Origin: a virus
Taxonomy: Duplodnaviria; Caudoviricetes
Length of the DNA: 64,000 bases
Virus record (IMG/VR): IMGVR_UViG_3300021431_000075
Location: 288,001-352,000 of that record
Strand: one strand, 5' to 3'
Shown: positions 45,925 to 55,725 of the stretch, piece by piece
Position numbering within the stretch: the first letter of the stretch is position 1
Layout: each line of letters starts with the position of its first letter
Position numbers and translations under genes: made by a program
The notes under the pieces: generated by a model
What the model was told of the DNA's origin: nothing
Seen by the model: the letters and a program-made list of their open reading frames with translations, nothing else
Database searches by the model: none

Positions 45925-46286
45925 TGAACTTTAATGCGGAAATAGACGGTCATGTAGTCGAGTTCTTGTTTGGAACGACAGAAAGCATCGACCCTTGGTC
46001 TCTTGCTTATGCAGATGAAAACAACATAGATGTCTGGATAACTTGCGACCCTACATATTTCGTCAGGCTGGACGGAGAGTCGATTTATCGTTTCGACAAG
46101 AGTTCTGCTGATGATGTCAATAATGAGCAGAAGATTGTTGAAGAAATCAAGACATATAAGGACACCAAGTTCTCGGACTTAGTTATATGGCTTGCAAAGA
46201 ACTGCGTGAAGATGCCTGACTATTCTGAAATGATTGAACAGTTGGACAAACAGAAAGAACAAGATTTTGGTTTAGAAAGTAAATGA
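45921..46286 (+). CDS. hypothetical protein (tandem paralog B)
   Basis: SIDPWSLAYADENNI; ATGA overlap. Confidence 0.8.
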   Translation: MMNFNAEIDGHVVEFLFGTTESIDPWSLAYADENNIDVWITCDPTYFVRLDGESIYRFDKSSADDVNNEQKIVEEIKTYKDTKFSDLVIWLAKNCVKMPDYSEMIEQLDKQKEQDFGLESK

Positions 46287-47035
46287 AGATTATTTCAAAA
46301 GTCAAGGATTATTATGACTATTTGTCAGGAATCAACGGCATAGACCCACTGGTCGTCTATGACAGGAGAAACTATGTTATTCTTGCAAACAGAAACGAGA
46401 GCATTCCGTCTGACTTGGTCTATCGGCTTGATTTTGAAAAGAGAATTGGAGACAAGAAGAAAAGTCTTAAATATATGTGGCATTCTCACAGGATTCTATA
46501 TAACGAGAAATACAAGAATACGCAAAAGAGCAATAACAAGAAGGTTCTTGAAGGAGAACTCTATTATATGTGTCTGCTTGTTGGATTTGTGAGATATGTC
46601 ATCGAATGTGAGCGTTATCTTGATGATTCGGACAAAGTCTGTATTGACTATAAGATTATCAAGAAGACAGAGTTCGGTTCTATCGGTAGCCGGGAACAAG
46701 TTTGTCTTTATCCGTTCAAGGAGCCTGTTATTCTTTATCCATGTAGTTGCTATAACGATTACAAGATTGTCTATCACGGAAAGACTTTATATAAGGATTT
46801 GCGGAAGGTTTCAGAAGATGAAGTTAGAAAGATGATGATTGTGAACCCGATTCTGAAAGACACAGCGCTTGCATCGTTGATTCCGGCAGAAGAAGTCTGG
46901 AGTAACATATATGCTTATCTTTCCGCATTGAATGAGAAAGATATTGTTGATACCAGAACAGATGATAGTCATATCGTTTCTCATGGTTTCGATTTGAAGG
47001 ATTCTTTCAGAAATATTGAACATAGATTAGATTGA
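46283..47035 (+). CDS. hypothetical phage protein
   Basis: 250 aa, MKIISKVKDYYDYL...HGFDLKDSFR. Confidence 0.8.
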   Translation: MKIISKVKDYYDYLSGINGIDPLVVYDRRNYVILANRNESIPSDLVYRLDFEKRIGDKKKSLKYMWHSHRILYNEKYKNTQKSNNKKVLEGELYYMCLLVGFVRYVIECERYLDDSDKVCIDYKIIKKTEFGSIGSREQVCLYPFKEPVILYPCSCYNDYKIVYHGKTLYKDLRKVSEDEVRKMMIVNPILKDTALASLIPAEEVWSNIYAYLSALNEKDIVDTRTDDSHIVSHGFDLKDSFRNIEHRLD

Positions 47036-47041
47036 GAAAAC

Positions 47042-47293
47042 ATGAGTGAAAATAAGTTAATGATAAGAGAGCAAGTTGCTGAGAAATTGAAACAGATGAA
47101 GTCTGGCGGAGAAATCCCAGATTCAACAAGAGGCGTCAGCATTATAACTTTGCATCAAGGTTATCCGGTTTTTCATCCGGTTGCGGTGGTTGTAGTTAGA
47201 GAACCCGGAAAACTCGACTATTATTCAGAAGATAATGTTGAGAAGATAATGGATTTTGGTGAGAAGAACGGCGGTTTAATAGACTTTATTTAA
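47042..47293 (+). CDS. hypothetical protein
   Basis: ORF in cluster. Confidence 0.6.
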   Translation: MSENKLMIREQVAEKLKQMKSGGEIPDSTRGVSIITLHQGYPVFHPVAVVVVREPGKLDYYSEDNVEKIMDFGEKNGGLIDFI

Positions 47294-47303
47294 TTTGAAC
47301 AAA

Positions 47304-47747
47304 ATGAACAAGAAACAAAAAGATTTTTCATTAAGAGTTTTGGCAATGCTTTTGCCATATGATGTTTCTGTCGAGATAACTCTGGTTGACGGAACGAAGT
47401 TCATCGACAAGTTGACAGCAGATAGATGGAACGACTGGAACAGTGATAACGGAGAAACATATGAAGGCATAAGACCGTTCTTGAGACCGACTGCGTCTAT
47501 GACGCTGGAAGAGAAGAACGATTTGCTATTGACAGTTGTTGGAAAAGACGGCGCAGAGCATTTCCATGTAACAAGTACAGGCATATATGACAATGACAAG
47601 AAAGATCAGTCTATTGAGAACTTCTCTTTTCATTGGATAATCTTCGAGAATGATTCGATTGTGAAATATGTTCAATGGATGCTTGAACATAAGTTTGATA
47701 TGTTCAAGATGTTAAAGAAGAAACTTGCAATTTCTGATCGTAAATAA
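47304..47747 (+). CDS. hypothetical phage protein (paralog of 40347..40742)
   Basis: RPFLRPTASMTLEEK...WMLEHKFD. Confidence 0.8.
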   Translation: MNKKQKDFSLRVLAMLLPYDVSVEITLVDGTKFIDKLTADRWNDWNSDNGETYEGIRPFLRPTASMTLEEKNDLLLTVVGKDGAEHFHVTSTGIYDNDKKDQSIENFSFHWIIFENDSIVKYVQWMLEHKFDMFKMLKKKLAISDRK

Positions 47748-47749
47748 AG

Positions 47750-48286
47750 ATGAAGAAGATTATTCCGTTCTATAAAGGCGAGAACATTTCAAACAATCCG
47801 CTTGGTTATTCATCTGTTTCAAATGCGAAGAAACGGATGAAGCAGGATGACGTCGTCAAGGATTTTGATAAAACTCTTCCAGAAGATTACTGGCTTGGAC
47901 ACATGTACATTTATGAATTGGCGAATCCCTGGAATGAAGATATAAAGCCGAACGACAGGAACGATTTTATGTTCAAAAACAAGCAAGTCAATACACATGG
48001 AGGCATGTTTTGCATAACCTATTATACAAACGGCTACATAAAGGACGGTTCTTTGACTAACTTGAAAGACTTGCCTGATGATGTCTATGAACTGTTTGTT
48101 TCTCTATATAAGGCAGAAGAAACAAACAATAAAGAGTTGTACGAACCGACGCTTTATGCAATTTTGCGAAAAGGATTTCTTCCAGTCTTGTTTAAAGATA
48201 AGAAAGACTATAAGAAAAGATTCAACAAGTTCGTTTCCGATAATGTTGAGTTCAGGGAAATTGAAGTGAATGTCGTCTATTCGTAG
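47750..48286 (+). CDS. hypothetical protein
   Basis: ORF in cluster. Confidence 0.75.
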   Translation: MKKIIPFYKGENISNNPLGYSSVSNAKKRMKQDDVVKDFDKTLPEDYWLGHMYIYELANPWNEDIKPNDRNDFMFKNKQVNTHGGMFCITYYTNGYIKDGSLTNLKDLPDDVYELFVSLYKAEETNNKELYEPTLYAILRKGFLPVLFKDKKDYKKRFNKFVSDNVEFREIEVNVVYS

Positions 48287-48323
48287 ACGATGTTCATTTT
48301 TTTGTTAAACTATGTTAAACGAT

Positions 48324-48354
48324 TTTGTAGTTTGAGATTTTATCTTTATATTTG
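48324..48354 (+). promoter_or_regulatory. Bacteroidota primary-sigma promoter
   Basis: TTTG-N19-TATATTTG. Confidence 0.6.
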
Positions 48355-48375
48355 CCATCTAAAAACTACAAGACG

Positions 48376-48855
48376 ATGGATTTGAATATCAGGCATACGT
48401 TAGACAAGAGAAGAATCAAGAAGCCTGTCGGCTTTCTTGGTCCGGATGGTCGCTGGTTCTTGATAGATGCAAGTGAGAATGGGCTTGCTCATATTGAACT
48501 GGCAGAACATGTCTATGACGAGTATGCTGATTATATTCAGCGAAACAGGATTTTCATTTTCAATTATGATGTGGATTTAGAACATGCTGGCATCATCAAG
48601 GTACATGGTTCGATGGTTCGTTATTTTGCACAATCGCCGTTCGGCGGTTATTATGACCAGAGTGCTTGCAAAACTCCGGAAGTGACAGATGTCCAGATGG
48701 AACAGCTCTGCGAATATGCAAAGAAGTTCGGAGAAAGCGGAAAGTTGAGTTTCAACTACAATTATCCGCAGTTTTCATTTTCTGCATTGAGACAGATGGA
48801 CCGGATTCAAATCAATCGTTTGTTTGCAAAAGATAGAAATCAAATATCCAATTAA
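48376..48855 (+). CDS. hypothetical protein
   Basis: ATG 48376 after promoter; GFLGPDG...HIELA. Confidence 0.75.
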   Translation: MDLNIRHTLDKRRIKKPVGFLGPDGRWFLIDASENGLAHIELAEHVYDEYADYIQRNRIFIFNYDVDLEHAGIIKVHGSMVRYFAQSPFGGYYDQSACKTPEVTDVQMEQLCEYAKKFGESGKLSFNYNYPQFSFSALRQMDRIQINRLFAKDRNQISN

Positions 48856-48883
48856 CTAATGAACTATAAAAGAGAGAATAACA

Positions 48884-49375
48884 ATGACGTTACTGTATTA
48901 TTATAGAGCTCACAATCACAATTTTGACAAGACTTGTGCTGTTGCATATGTTATCGGAAAGCCTGCTTATAATGATGTTAGCGGGGTTATGGAATTCGTG
49001 CGAAACTGCAAGATCGAGTTTGAGATTCCGCCAAAAGAAGAACGACTCGGTTTGTTGCAGAAAGTCAACAAGCAGATAAAGGATCCTGATTGTCCTAAGA
49101 ATATTATGTACAAGTTCTATATGTATAAGCATAAGTTTATAAAGTTGATGCTTAAAAACGGACTGGTTGATAAGGTTCTTGAATCAGCCAATCATTACCA
49201 TTTCTTTATTGGTGACTATGACTTTCATCAGCCGAAGACTTATTTTCCGAAGGGAATTGACAAAATAGAAGGAACCGAAGTATATGAACCGCGTGATGCA
49301 ACAGAGAAGTTCAATCACGATGACTATGTCAGATGCATGCTTGGACTCATAGAAGAGTTGCCGATGAAATCTTGA
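48884..49375 (+). CDS. hypothetical protein
   Basis: ORF in cluster. Confidence 0.75.
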   Translation: MTLLYYYRAHNHNFDKTCAVAYVIGKPAYNDVSGVMEFVRNCKIEFEIPPKEERLGLLQKVNKQIKDPDCPKNIMYKFYMYKHKFIKLMLKNGLVDKVLESANHYHFFIGDYDFHQPKTYFPKGIDKIEGTEVYEPRDATEKFNHDDYVRCMLGLIEELPMKS

Positions 49376-49377
49376 TT

Positions 49378-49659
49378 ATGAGTATGAGTAGCAATTTAGA
49401 CAGCGAACAATTGAAACAACAAGTCAGGTTCAGTTCGCTTTATACAGACATAAGACGATGTGTTGAAATCGCGGTTCGTGACAATATTAGTTATGACAAG
49501 ACTGTTGAAGAAATCATGAAGATTGTCGAGCCGTTGATTAAAGAGAACATAAATCATCAGAAATATGTTGATGAATTGGTTTGCAAGTTGTCAAGTCCTA
49601 CTTTCATTACGTTAAAAGATAATAATAATTTTTCAGTTTTTAATCCACATAATTTATGA
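49378..49659 (+). CDS. hypothetical protein
   Basis: ATG 49378; ATGA overlap with next gene. Confidence 0.65.
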   Translation: MSMSSNLDSEQLKQQVRFSSLYTDIRRCVEIAVRDNISYDKTVEEIMKIVEPLIKENINHQKYVDELVCKLSSPTFITLKDNNNFSVFNPHNL

Positions 49660-50456
49660 GCGGAGACAAATGCACAGACGGTCGCTTTGAAATGATAGAC
49701 CGTGTCAAGAAAGTTCTTATTGATAGCACGAACATAGAAACAAGCAAGGAAGATATGGCTGCTATCGACTCGATTCTGTTCAGGTTCTGGCAGATGGGAT
49801 GGCTGAAAGTCATTGATGATAGACTTCCCGGAGCAGACAAGAGAAGATATTGCATCGACTTTGTGAGACCGACTTGTCCGCTTTGTGAAAACGGAACGCT
49901 TAATGTAAGACATTGCAGGGTTATTGGCGAAGATACCGCGATAACCGTCTTGACTGAATTGCTCGGTTGCAATTGCAAGATAGTCGATATGTACATCGGG
50001 AATGTCATAGACGGAAAACTGGATGACTGGAAACTGGATGCACATATGGACATTGTCGGACCTGATGACTGGTTCACGGAAGAATGGTTGAAGATGATAA
50101 CTTCTGATGTTGGTTCTTTGAACGATGACAAGAGAATCAAGATTTCAAACAATCCGAATCCTCAAGTTTGGATAGAGCTGCACATCAAGGGTAATGAATC
50201 CTCAGATTATTTTGATGTTGATAATATTCTGAGTCTTGATTTGTCTGCAGACGGCGAGCCGTTTATTACTTATCAAGCAGACAAGCAAAGCAGTGTTGTT
50301 AATTATTTCATACAGGAAAGTTGTGATGAAATTCAAGAACTTTATGACGAAGCTTGTAAGAAGAAATTGTTGTTGAAAGACAACTCTGTTGTCTTGACAA
50401 ACATCCAGTTCAGAAAGTTGATTGATGCCTCAGGAATTTTAACGAAAGAAAATTAA
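49656..50456 (+). CDS. two-domain hypothetical protein
   Basis: N-half like 44567..45043; C-half weakly like 53814..54266. Confidence 0.8.
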   Translation: MSGDKCTDGRFEMIDRVKKVLIDSTNIETSKEDMAAIDSILFRFWQMGWLKVIDDRLPGADKRRYCIDFVRPTCPLCENGTLNVRHCRVIGEDTAITVLTELLGCNCKIVDMYIGNVIDGKLDDWKLDAHMDIVGPDDWFTEEWLKMITSDVGSLNDDKRIKISNNPNPQVWIELHIKGNESSDYFDVDNILSLDLSADGEPFITYQADKQSSVVNYFIQESCDEIQELYDEACKKKLLLKDNSVVLTNIQFRKLIDASGILTKEN

Positions 50457-50462
50457 AAAATT

Positions 50463-51260
50463 ATGGTTTTATTTGAAGACATTAAAGTTGGAACTTTTCT
50501 TCATTGGGTTAATGAAAACAAAGAGTTCTATGGGATTTTTTCAAACTACAGCCCAGCATGTAGGAAATGCAGTTTCTTTATCACTTATGAAGTGAATACG
50601 GAACAACTGGATCGTTCCGTGTTGATCTACATACCGGAAAATATGATGAGTGATGTTTCGATAGTTGATAAAGAACATCGATTCAAATTCATCAATATGC
50701 TTAAGAAGAGTGGTTTGTATGAAGGTTTTATTGAACGACTTCAGATAAGTAGTTATATATACAAGAATGATGAGTTGATACATGTCAATGCAAAAGATGA
50801 GTATGGTTTCGGAGACTGGATAATAAACGATTTAGGAACTGTCTGTTATAGGCTTGACGAATTTAAACATAATATCCAGGGACGTTTAGAGACATCATAT
50901 CGCGTTGTTTATGACATTGATGGACAACAGCATCGGTTGTATACTGCAATGATTAATAAGTTCTTTCATTTGTGGTCCCTGATTGATGCGAAACCGGGCG
51001 ATGTTCTTGTCCACGGAGATTATATATTCGTTTACAAGGATTTCGACAGCAATACCAAGACTATAAAGGCAAAATGCTGTTGCAATCTCTACATAGGTTA
51101 TCCTGTTGTATGTAAGGAAACAGAAATACCATACACAAATCAAGTGTGTTTTCCTGCGGATGCAAGTCAAAGAGAGTTGTTGTTTGATAGTCTTTTGATT
51201 CGCGGTTATGAGTACAACAAGACTACGGGTTCTATCCGTAAAATAAGAAGAAACAAATGA
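50463..51260 (+). CDS. hypothetical protein with one GDW...PA...GY domain
   Basis: FGDWII...WSLIDAKPGDVL...PADASQRELL...GY, as in 41454..43952. Confidence 0.8.
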   Translation: MVLFEDIKVGTFLHWVNENKEFYGIFSNYSPACRKCSFFITYEVNTEQLDRSVLIYIPENMMSDVSIVDKEHRFKFINMLKKSGLYEGFIERLQISSYIYKNDELIHVNAKDEYGFGDWIINDLGTVCYRLDEFKHNIQGRLETSYRVVYDIDGQQHRLYTAMINKFFHLWSLIDAKPGDVLVHGDYIFVYKDFDSNTKTIKAKCCCNLYIGYPVVCKETEIPYTNQVCFPADASQRELLFDSLLIRGYEYNKTTGSIRKIRRNK

Positions 51261-51646
51261 GAAGGTTGTCACAAGAAGAAGCAATCAACGGTTATGCATG
51301 GGCGAATGATAGCATAAGAATAAACAAGGAAACATTTGAGCGTGAGACCAGTGATATTAGCAAGATGGTTTCCATTCCAATCTATGATGAAGTCAAGAAT
51401 GCCGTTGAGTACGGAATCGCGTTTCAGAGAAATGCTATCTGGCATAAGAATGCGGAAGATAAACCGACATCGAGCGGAAGTACGTACATTACTCTGTGCA
51501 GAAACAAGAACAAGCCTGACGGAATCTGGCTGGCTGATATATGCCAGTGGGAAGATGGATGGACAGGAAGAACCAACTGGGAAGATGTGGTTCTCTGGAC
51601 TGAAATCGAAAATATACTGCCTGTGTGTGAACCAAGTGAAATTTAG
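51257..51646 (+). CDS. hypothetical protein (DUF551-like C-terminus)
   Basis: WHKNAEDKP...W...VVLW. Confidence 0.65.
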   Translation: MRRLSQEEAINGYAWANDSIRINKETFERETSDISKMVSIPIYDEVKNAVEYGIAFQRNAIWHKNAEDKPTSSGSTYITLCRNKNKPDGIWLADICQWEDGWTGRTNWEDVVLWTEIENILPVCEPSEI

Positions 51647-51795
51647 AAGAGAAGCGGACAGGTTCAAGTTCGAAAATCCGATGACAATAACTTTGTTATT
51701 GCCGTTATCGGCAAGTCATCGAGCTCAGATAAGATAGTCGGAAAGATAAGAGAGAAATAAAGATTTTTAATTTCATACAATAGTTTTTAATTCAT

Positions 51796-52455
51796 ATGAA
51801 CAAACTTAAGGAAAAGATGACGCAGTTCATCAAAGAACAAGGTGCTGTTGAAGATATTCGGAAGTTTATTGTGGATAGTATAGAAGAATACAAGAAGAAG
51901 CCTGCTTATGAGTACATTCCGCCAGAGAATAAAATCCAGAATTTCACGCTTGACCCGTCGAAAGACAAAGCTGGAGAAATCAGAGAGATTAAAGGAAAGA
52001 CTATCGGCGATATTGCTCGTAATGAAGAAGATATATTCAGATCGTATACTGGCGATGGCTGGACATCATGGTCTATGCATCGCGGATATAAATTTCCGAA
52101 AGTTAATGATGTTATCCTGAAAGAAATCAATCTTTTCTTATATGACTTGAAGTTTGATTTTATTTCAGAGAACGGTCAGGACGTTGTTGATTATTTCAAG
52201 AAAGACATCAATAAATTTTTAAATAATGATGCTTTTAGTGAAGATGAGAAAGTGGATTTCTCATTGCCGCTTGATGACGATGCAATAGAAACGTTGATGA
52301 TTTTCATGGATAGTGATAGAGAGTTTTCATATTTTGATATTGATTTTATTGAAAATGAACTACTTGAATACTATGAATATTTTCTGGATATCGATGAATA
52401 TGATTTAGATGATGACGATTATGGTTATGTTGAAGGACACTACTATGAAGATTAG
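51796..52455 (+). CDS. acidic hypothetical protein
   Basis: 219 aa, D/E/Y-rich tail. Confidence 0.75.
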   Translation: MNKLKEKMTQFIKEQGAVEDIRKFIVDSIEEYKKKPAYEYIPPENKIQNFTLDPSKDKAGEIREIKGKTIGDIARNEEDIFRSYTGDGWTSWSMHRGYKFPKVNDVILKEINLFLYDLKFDFISENGQDVVDYFKKDINKFLNNDAFSEDEKVDFSLPLDDDAIETLMIFMDSDREFSYFDIDFIENELLEYYEYFLDIDEYDLDDDDYGYVEGHYYED

Positions 52456-52909
52456 GTTCAAGGGAAGGCGCATGGACAGAAAGTCATGGGTATTCGGCTT
52501 TTTCTATAAGGACAAGTCCGGAAACTGCAAGATAATAACAGATGACGGCAGCCGTTATAAGGTAGAAGAAGATACTGTGTGCCAGCTTGCAATAAAGACG
52601 CCTGTTGATTTGAACAAGTTCGGAAAGTCTGGAAACTATGAAGAGTTCTTGGAGATTTATACCGGCGATGTTGTCGAAGTTAGATATAAGTTCAATTACA
52701 TTGACGGCTATAAGGGTTACAAGGCTGAAATCGGAGACCGGTTTGTTGTCGAGAAACTTGACAGCGGGTTCACGCTGGTTCCTGTTGACATTTATGAGAA
52801 CTGGTCCAAGAGTCGGATTCCGAATACTTGCGGTTTGATTGACAACTACCAGTTGTGGAACTACCATCGGTTTTTGAAACCGGTCGGAAACATTTATGAC
52901 AATGATTAA
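52445..52909 (+). CDS. YopX-family protein
   Basis: IRFKG...WVFG...TVCQ...IYTGDVV...VGNIYDN. Confidence 0.85.
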   Translation: MKIRFKGRRMDRKSWVFGFFYKDKSGNCKIITDDGSRYKVEEDTVCQLAIKTPVDLNKFGKSGNYEEFLEIYTGDVVEVRYKFNYIDGYKGYKAEIGDRFVVEKLDSGFTLVPVDIYENWSKSRIPNTCGLIDNYQLWNYHRFLKPVGNIYDND

Positions 52910-53345
52910 TTCGGCGATTCCTGTCTATTGCTTGACAGACGAGCATTTGCTTGCAGAGCATAGAGAGATAAAGCGGTTGTCTTATTGCTTTGAGAGAGCG
53001 GTCGAGAGCGGAAGCATTGGAAAGATTCCGGATAAGTTTGTGCTTGGTAGCGGACATGTTTTGTTCTTTCTTGACAAGTTCGGTTTCGTTAGAAATCGCT
53101 ATGTAGAAATTCATGAAGAATGCAAGCGCAGGAAATTCAATGTTGAAGATTATTCAGAAAATTTTGAACGTCTGTTTGTTGATGCTAATAAGCAGTTTCT
53201 GAAAGACTATGAACCGACTGAACAAGAGAAGTTGATGCTCATTGAACGGATAACCGAGCGCATATTGAAAAGTTCAAAGAAAAGTTTCCATTATTGCGGA
53301 AAAGCAATATCAAAGACAGAAGCAGTGCAATTATTAATACGCTAA
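52896..53345 (+). CDS. denV: Pyrimidine-dimer DNA glycosylase (T4 endonuclease V family)
   Basis: MTxIN...LTDEHLLAEHREIKR...FVLGSGHVLFFLDK. Confidence 0.88.
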   Translation: MTMINSAIPVYCLTDEHLLAEHREIKRLSYCFERAVESGSIGKIPDKFVLGSGHVLFFLDKFGFVRNRYVEIHEECKRRKFNVEDYSENFERLFVDANKQFLKDYEPTEQEKLMLIERITERILKSSKKSFHYCGKAISKTEAVQLLIR

Positions 53346-53357
53346 AATAAAGAAGTT

Positions 53358-53786
53358 ATGTTCTCATCAAATCAGATTTTTCAAATATCCGGCACATATA
53401 GTCAGATTGAGACTGCATTGAGATTTGCAATGGATTATTCAGACTATTCCAAGCATTTGTCTGGAAACAAGAAATTGAACGGTTTCAAGTTCGTCTGGCA
53501 GATTGCTGAAGACGGTCGATATTGCATCGGATGGAATTTCGAAGATGTTGTTCCGGGCTGGAACGAGTTTCAGTTCGACTTTGACATTTCTATCGTTTCC
53601 AAAGTCATAGAGCAGCAGTTGAGAAAGTCGGAGATGTACGGCTATGCGAACGGCGATGGAGATACGGTTCCCGGATTCTTGATGAAGTGCGGAACCGGAA
53701 GTTTTTCTGATGAAGAGTTCGGAATCAAGAACCCGTTTTATTGCATTGTTAGTTTTGAATCTTATATGGTTTATTTTGCAAAATGA
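53358..53786 (+). CDS. hypothetical protein
   Basis: ORF in cluster. Confidence 0.75.
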   Translation: MFSSNQIFQISGTYSQIETALRFAMDYSDYSKHLSGNKKLNGFKFVWQIAEDGRYCIGWNFEDVVPGWNEFQFDFDISIVSKVIEQQLRKSEMYGYANGDGDTVPGFLMKCGTGSFSDEEFGIKNPFYCIVSFESYMVYFAK

Positions 53787-53813
53787 AATTTAAGTAATTA
53801 AAGATAGACAATT

Positions 53814-54266
53814 ATGAAAGATGATGCGATTAGAGTTGAAACTTTTGCTGTTGTTGATGTTCTGATTACATTGCATGACGAAGATGATAATGGAGAAGAA
53901 GTTGAAATATGCATTGATAATGTCATTGGATTTGAAACAACAGAAGACAACAAGGCAAGAGTTTTCTATTATTGGATGGATGAAGGCACAAGCATGGTTG
54001 TGACTGAGACCCCGGAAGAAGTTCGTGAAATCATTTCAGCGGCAAGAACGAAAAAGAAGGCAATAAAAGACAATTATGTAGTTGTAGAGAAGTTGTCAGA
54101 AGATGTCAAGTTCCAGACAGTAAGATTAGACATATTGGATAGATTATACGAGCGAGAGCAATGCTTTATGACTCTTATCGAGAGAATGTTTCCCGGAGAA
54201 GAGTTTGCAAAAGTCAAAGAAGATTTTCTGGAAACATTGAAGAAAGATTGCAAATCAAAAACATAA
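53814..54266 (+). CDS. hypothetical protein (FlbD-like small beta domain)
   Basis: ICIDNVIGFE...VVTETPEEVREII. Confidence 0.6.
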   Translation: MKDDAIRVETFAVVDVLITLHDEDDNGEEVEICIDNVIGFETTEDNKARVFYYWMDEGTSMVVTETPEEVREIISAARTKKKAIKDNYVVVEKLSEDVKFQTVRLDILDRLYEREQCFMTLIERMFPGEEFAKVKEDFLETLKKDCKSKT

Positions 54267-54275
54267 GAAAGCAAG

Positions 54276-54304
54276 AGAAGTCTTTTTGGAAAGGCTTCTT
54301 TTTT
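54276..54304 (+). terminator. Intrinsic terminator
   Basis: AGAAGTCTTT..AAAGGCTTCT followed by T-run. Confidence 0.65.
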
Positions 54305-54372
54305 GTTTTTAAACTAAAATCGTTTTCCAGACTATAATTTCTATGAAGTTTTTCAAAAAATGATGCAGATAA

Positions 54373-55641
54373 ATGGGCAAGTCATCTATAAGAGAAATTT
54401 GTAAGATGGTTGGATGCGGTTTCGGTTTTCCGGGCTGGCCTGACAAGTTCGGAGAAGCATTGTCTTGCTTTGTTGATAGAAATAATGTTTCAAAGATAAA
54501 GACATTGAGTTTGTTTTCAGGTGGCGGGGGTCTTGACATAGGTTTCCATGATGCAGGCTTTGAAATCATAGAGTCTGTTGAACTTGAAAGCAAATTCTAT
54601 AAGACGTTGGTTTCGAATTCCGGTCAGGGAAAGAAGTTTGCAAGTTCGAATCCGAAGAACTTGGATATAAGAGACTATTCTGCAGATGGACTTGAAGATA
54701 TAGAGTTCATCATTGGCGGACCGCCATGCCAGACATTCAGCGCAGCCGGAAGACGAACCGGTGGAGTCAAGGGACTTGACGATTCGCGCGGAATGCTGTT
54801 CAAGGAATATGTCAGAATCATCAAGAAATTGAATCCTGTCGGATTTTTGTTTGAAAATGTCTATGGATTGGTCGGCGCTCAGCATGGAATTGCTTGGAAT
54901 GTTATTCGGCGGGCTTTTTCTGAAATCGGATATAATTTGTTCTATCGCGTTCTGGATGCGGCAGACTATGGAGTTCCCCAACACAGAGAACGATTGATTG
55001 TGGTCGGATTGAGAAATTTATGTGAGTTCAAGTTTCCGAGACCGCTGTTCGGACCGGACTCTGTTGATAAAGAGCCGTTCTATAATGCAGGTTGTGCAGT
55101 TTCCGGTTTTGAATTGAGTGATGAAGAGAAGAAGGAAGGATTGACGGGAATGTACGGTCATTTGCTGGATGAGATACCGCCCGGTTTGAATTATAGTTTC
55201 TACACAGAGAAGATGGGTTATCCGGAACCCGTCTTTGAATGGCGCAGTCGATTTTCGGATTTTCTATATAAAGCAGATCCTGAACAGCCGGTCAGGACAA
55301 TTAAGGCACAAGGCGGCAAATACACAGGACCGTTTCATTGGAACAACCGCAATTTTTCTGTTTCTGAATTCAAGAGACTGCAGACGTTTCCGGATGACTA
55401 TGAGATATGCGGTTCAAGAAATGTTGCCGTTCATCAGATTGGGAATTCTGTGCCGCCCCAGTTTGCAAGGATAATAGCCATTGCTATCAGGATGCAAGTT
55501 TTTGATTGTGGATTTCCGTTTATAATGGATTTGCTTGATGAAGACGAAGAGTTGTCTTTTAAGAAGAACAAGAGAGAGATGACAGAAATTTATAGAGAGA
55601 AAGCAAGGGATGCAATAGAGAAACTCAAGTTTAAAAAGTAG
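54373..55641 (+). CDS. DNA (cytosine-5) methyltransferase, orphan
   Basis: Motifs LFSGGGG, GGPPCQ, ENV, PQHRER, RLQTFPD, IGNSVPP. Confidence 0.95.
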   Translation: MGKSSIREICKMVGCGFGFPGWPDKFGEALSCFVDRNNVSKIKTLSLFSGGGGLDIGFHDAGFEIIESVELESKFYKTLVSNSGQGKKFASSNPKNLDIRDYSADGLEDIEFIIGGPPCQTFSAAGRRTGGVKGLDDSRGMLFKEYVRIIKKLNPVGFLFENVYGLVGAQHGIAWNVIRRAFSEIGYNLFYRVLDAADYGVPQHRERLIVVGLRNLCEFKFPRPLFGPDSVDKEPFYNAGCAVSGFELSDEEKKEGLTGMYGHLLDEIPPGLNYSFYTEKMGYPEPVFEWRSRFSDFLYKADPEQPVRTIKAQGGKYTGPFHWNNRNFSVSEFKRLQTFPDDYEICGSRNVAVHQIGNSVPPQFARIIAIAIRMQVFDCGFPFIMDLLDEDEELSFKKNKREMTEIYREKARDAIEKLKFKK

Positions 55642-55725
55642 AGATTTTAGCTGAAAATCGTTCATTGGATAAATACAAGGAATTATTTTTCACTTTTATT
55701 GTGAAATTTCTACACAAGCTACATT

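Noticed and set aside
51660-51750. Hammerhead ribozyme
   Set aside because: CCGATGA and GAAA are nearby, but the CUGAnGA core and stem order do not fit
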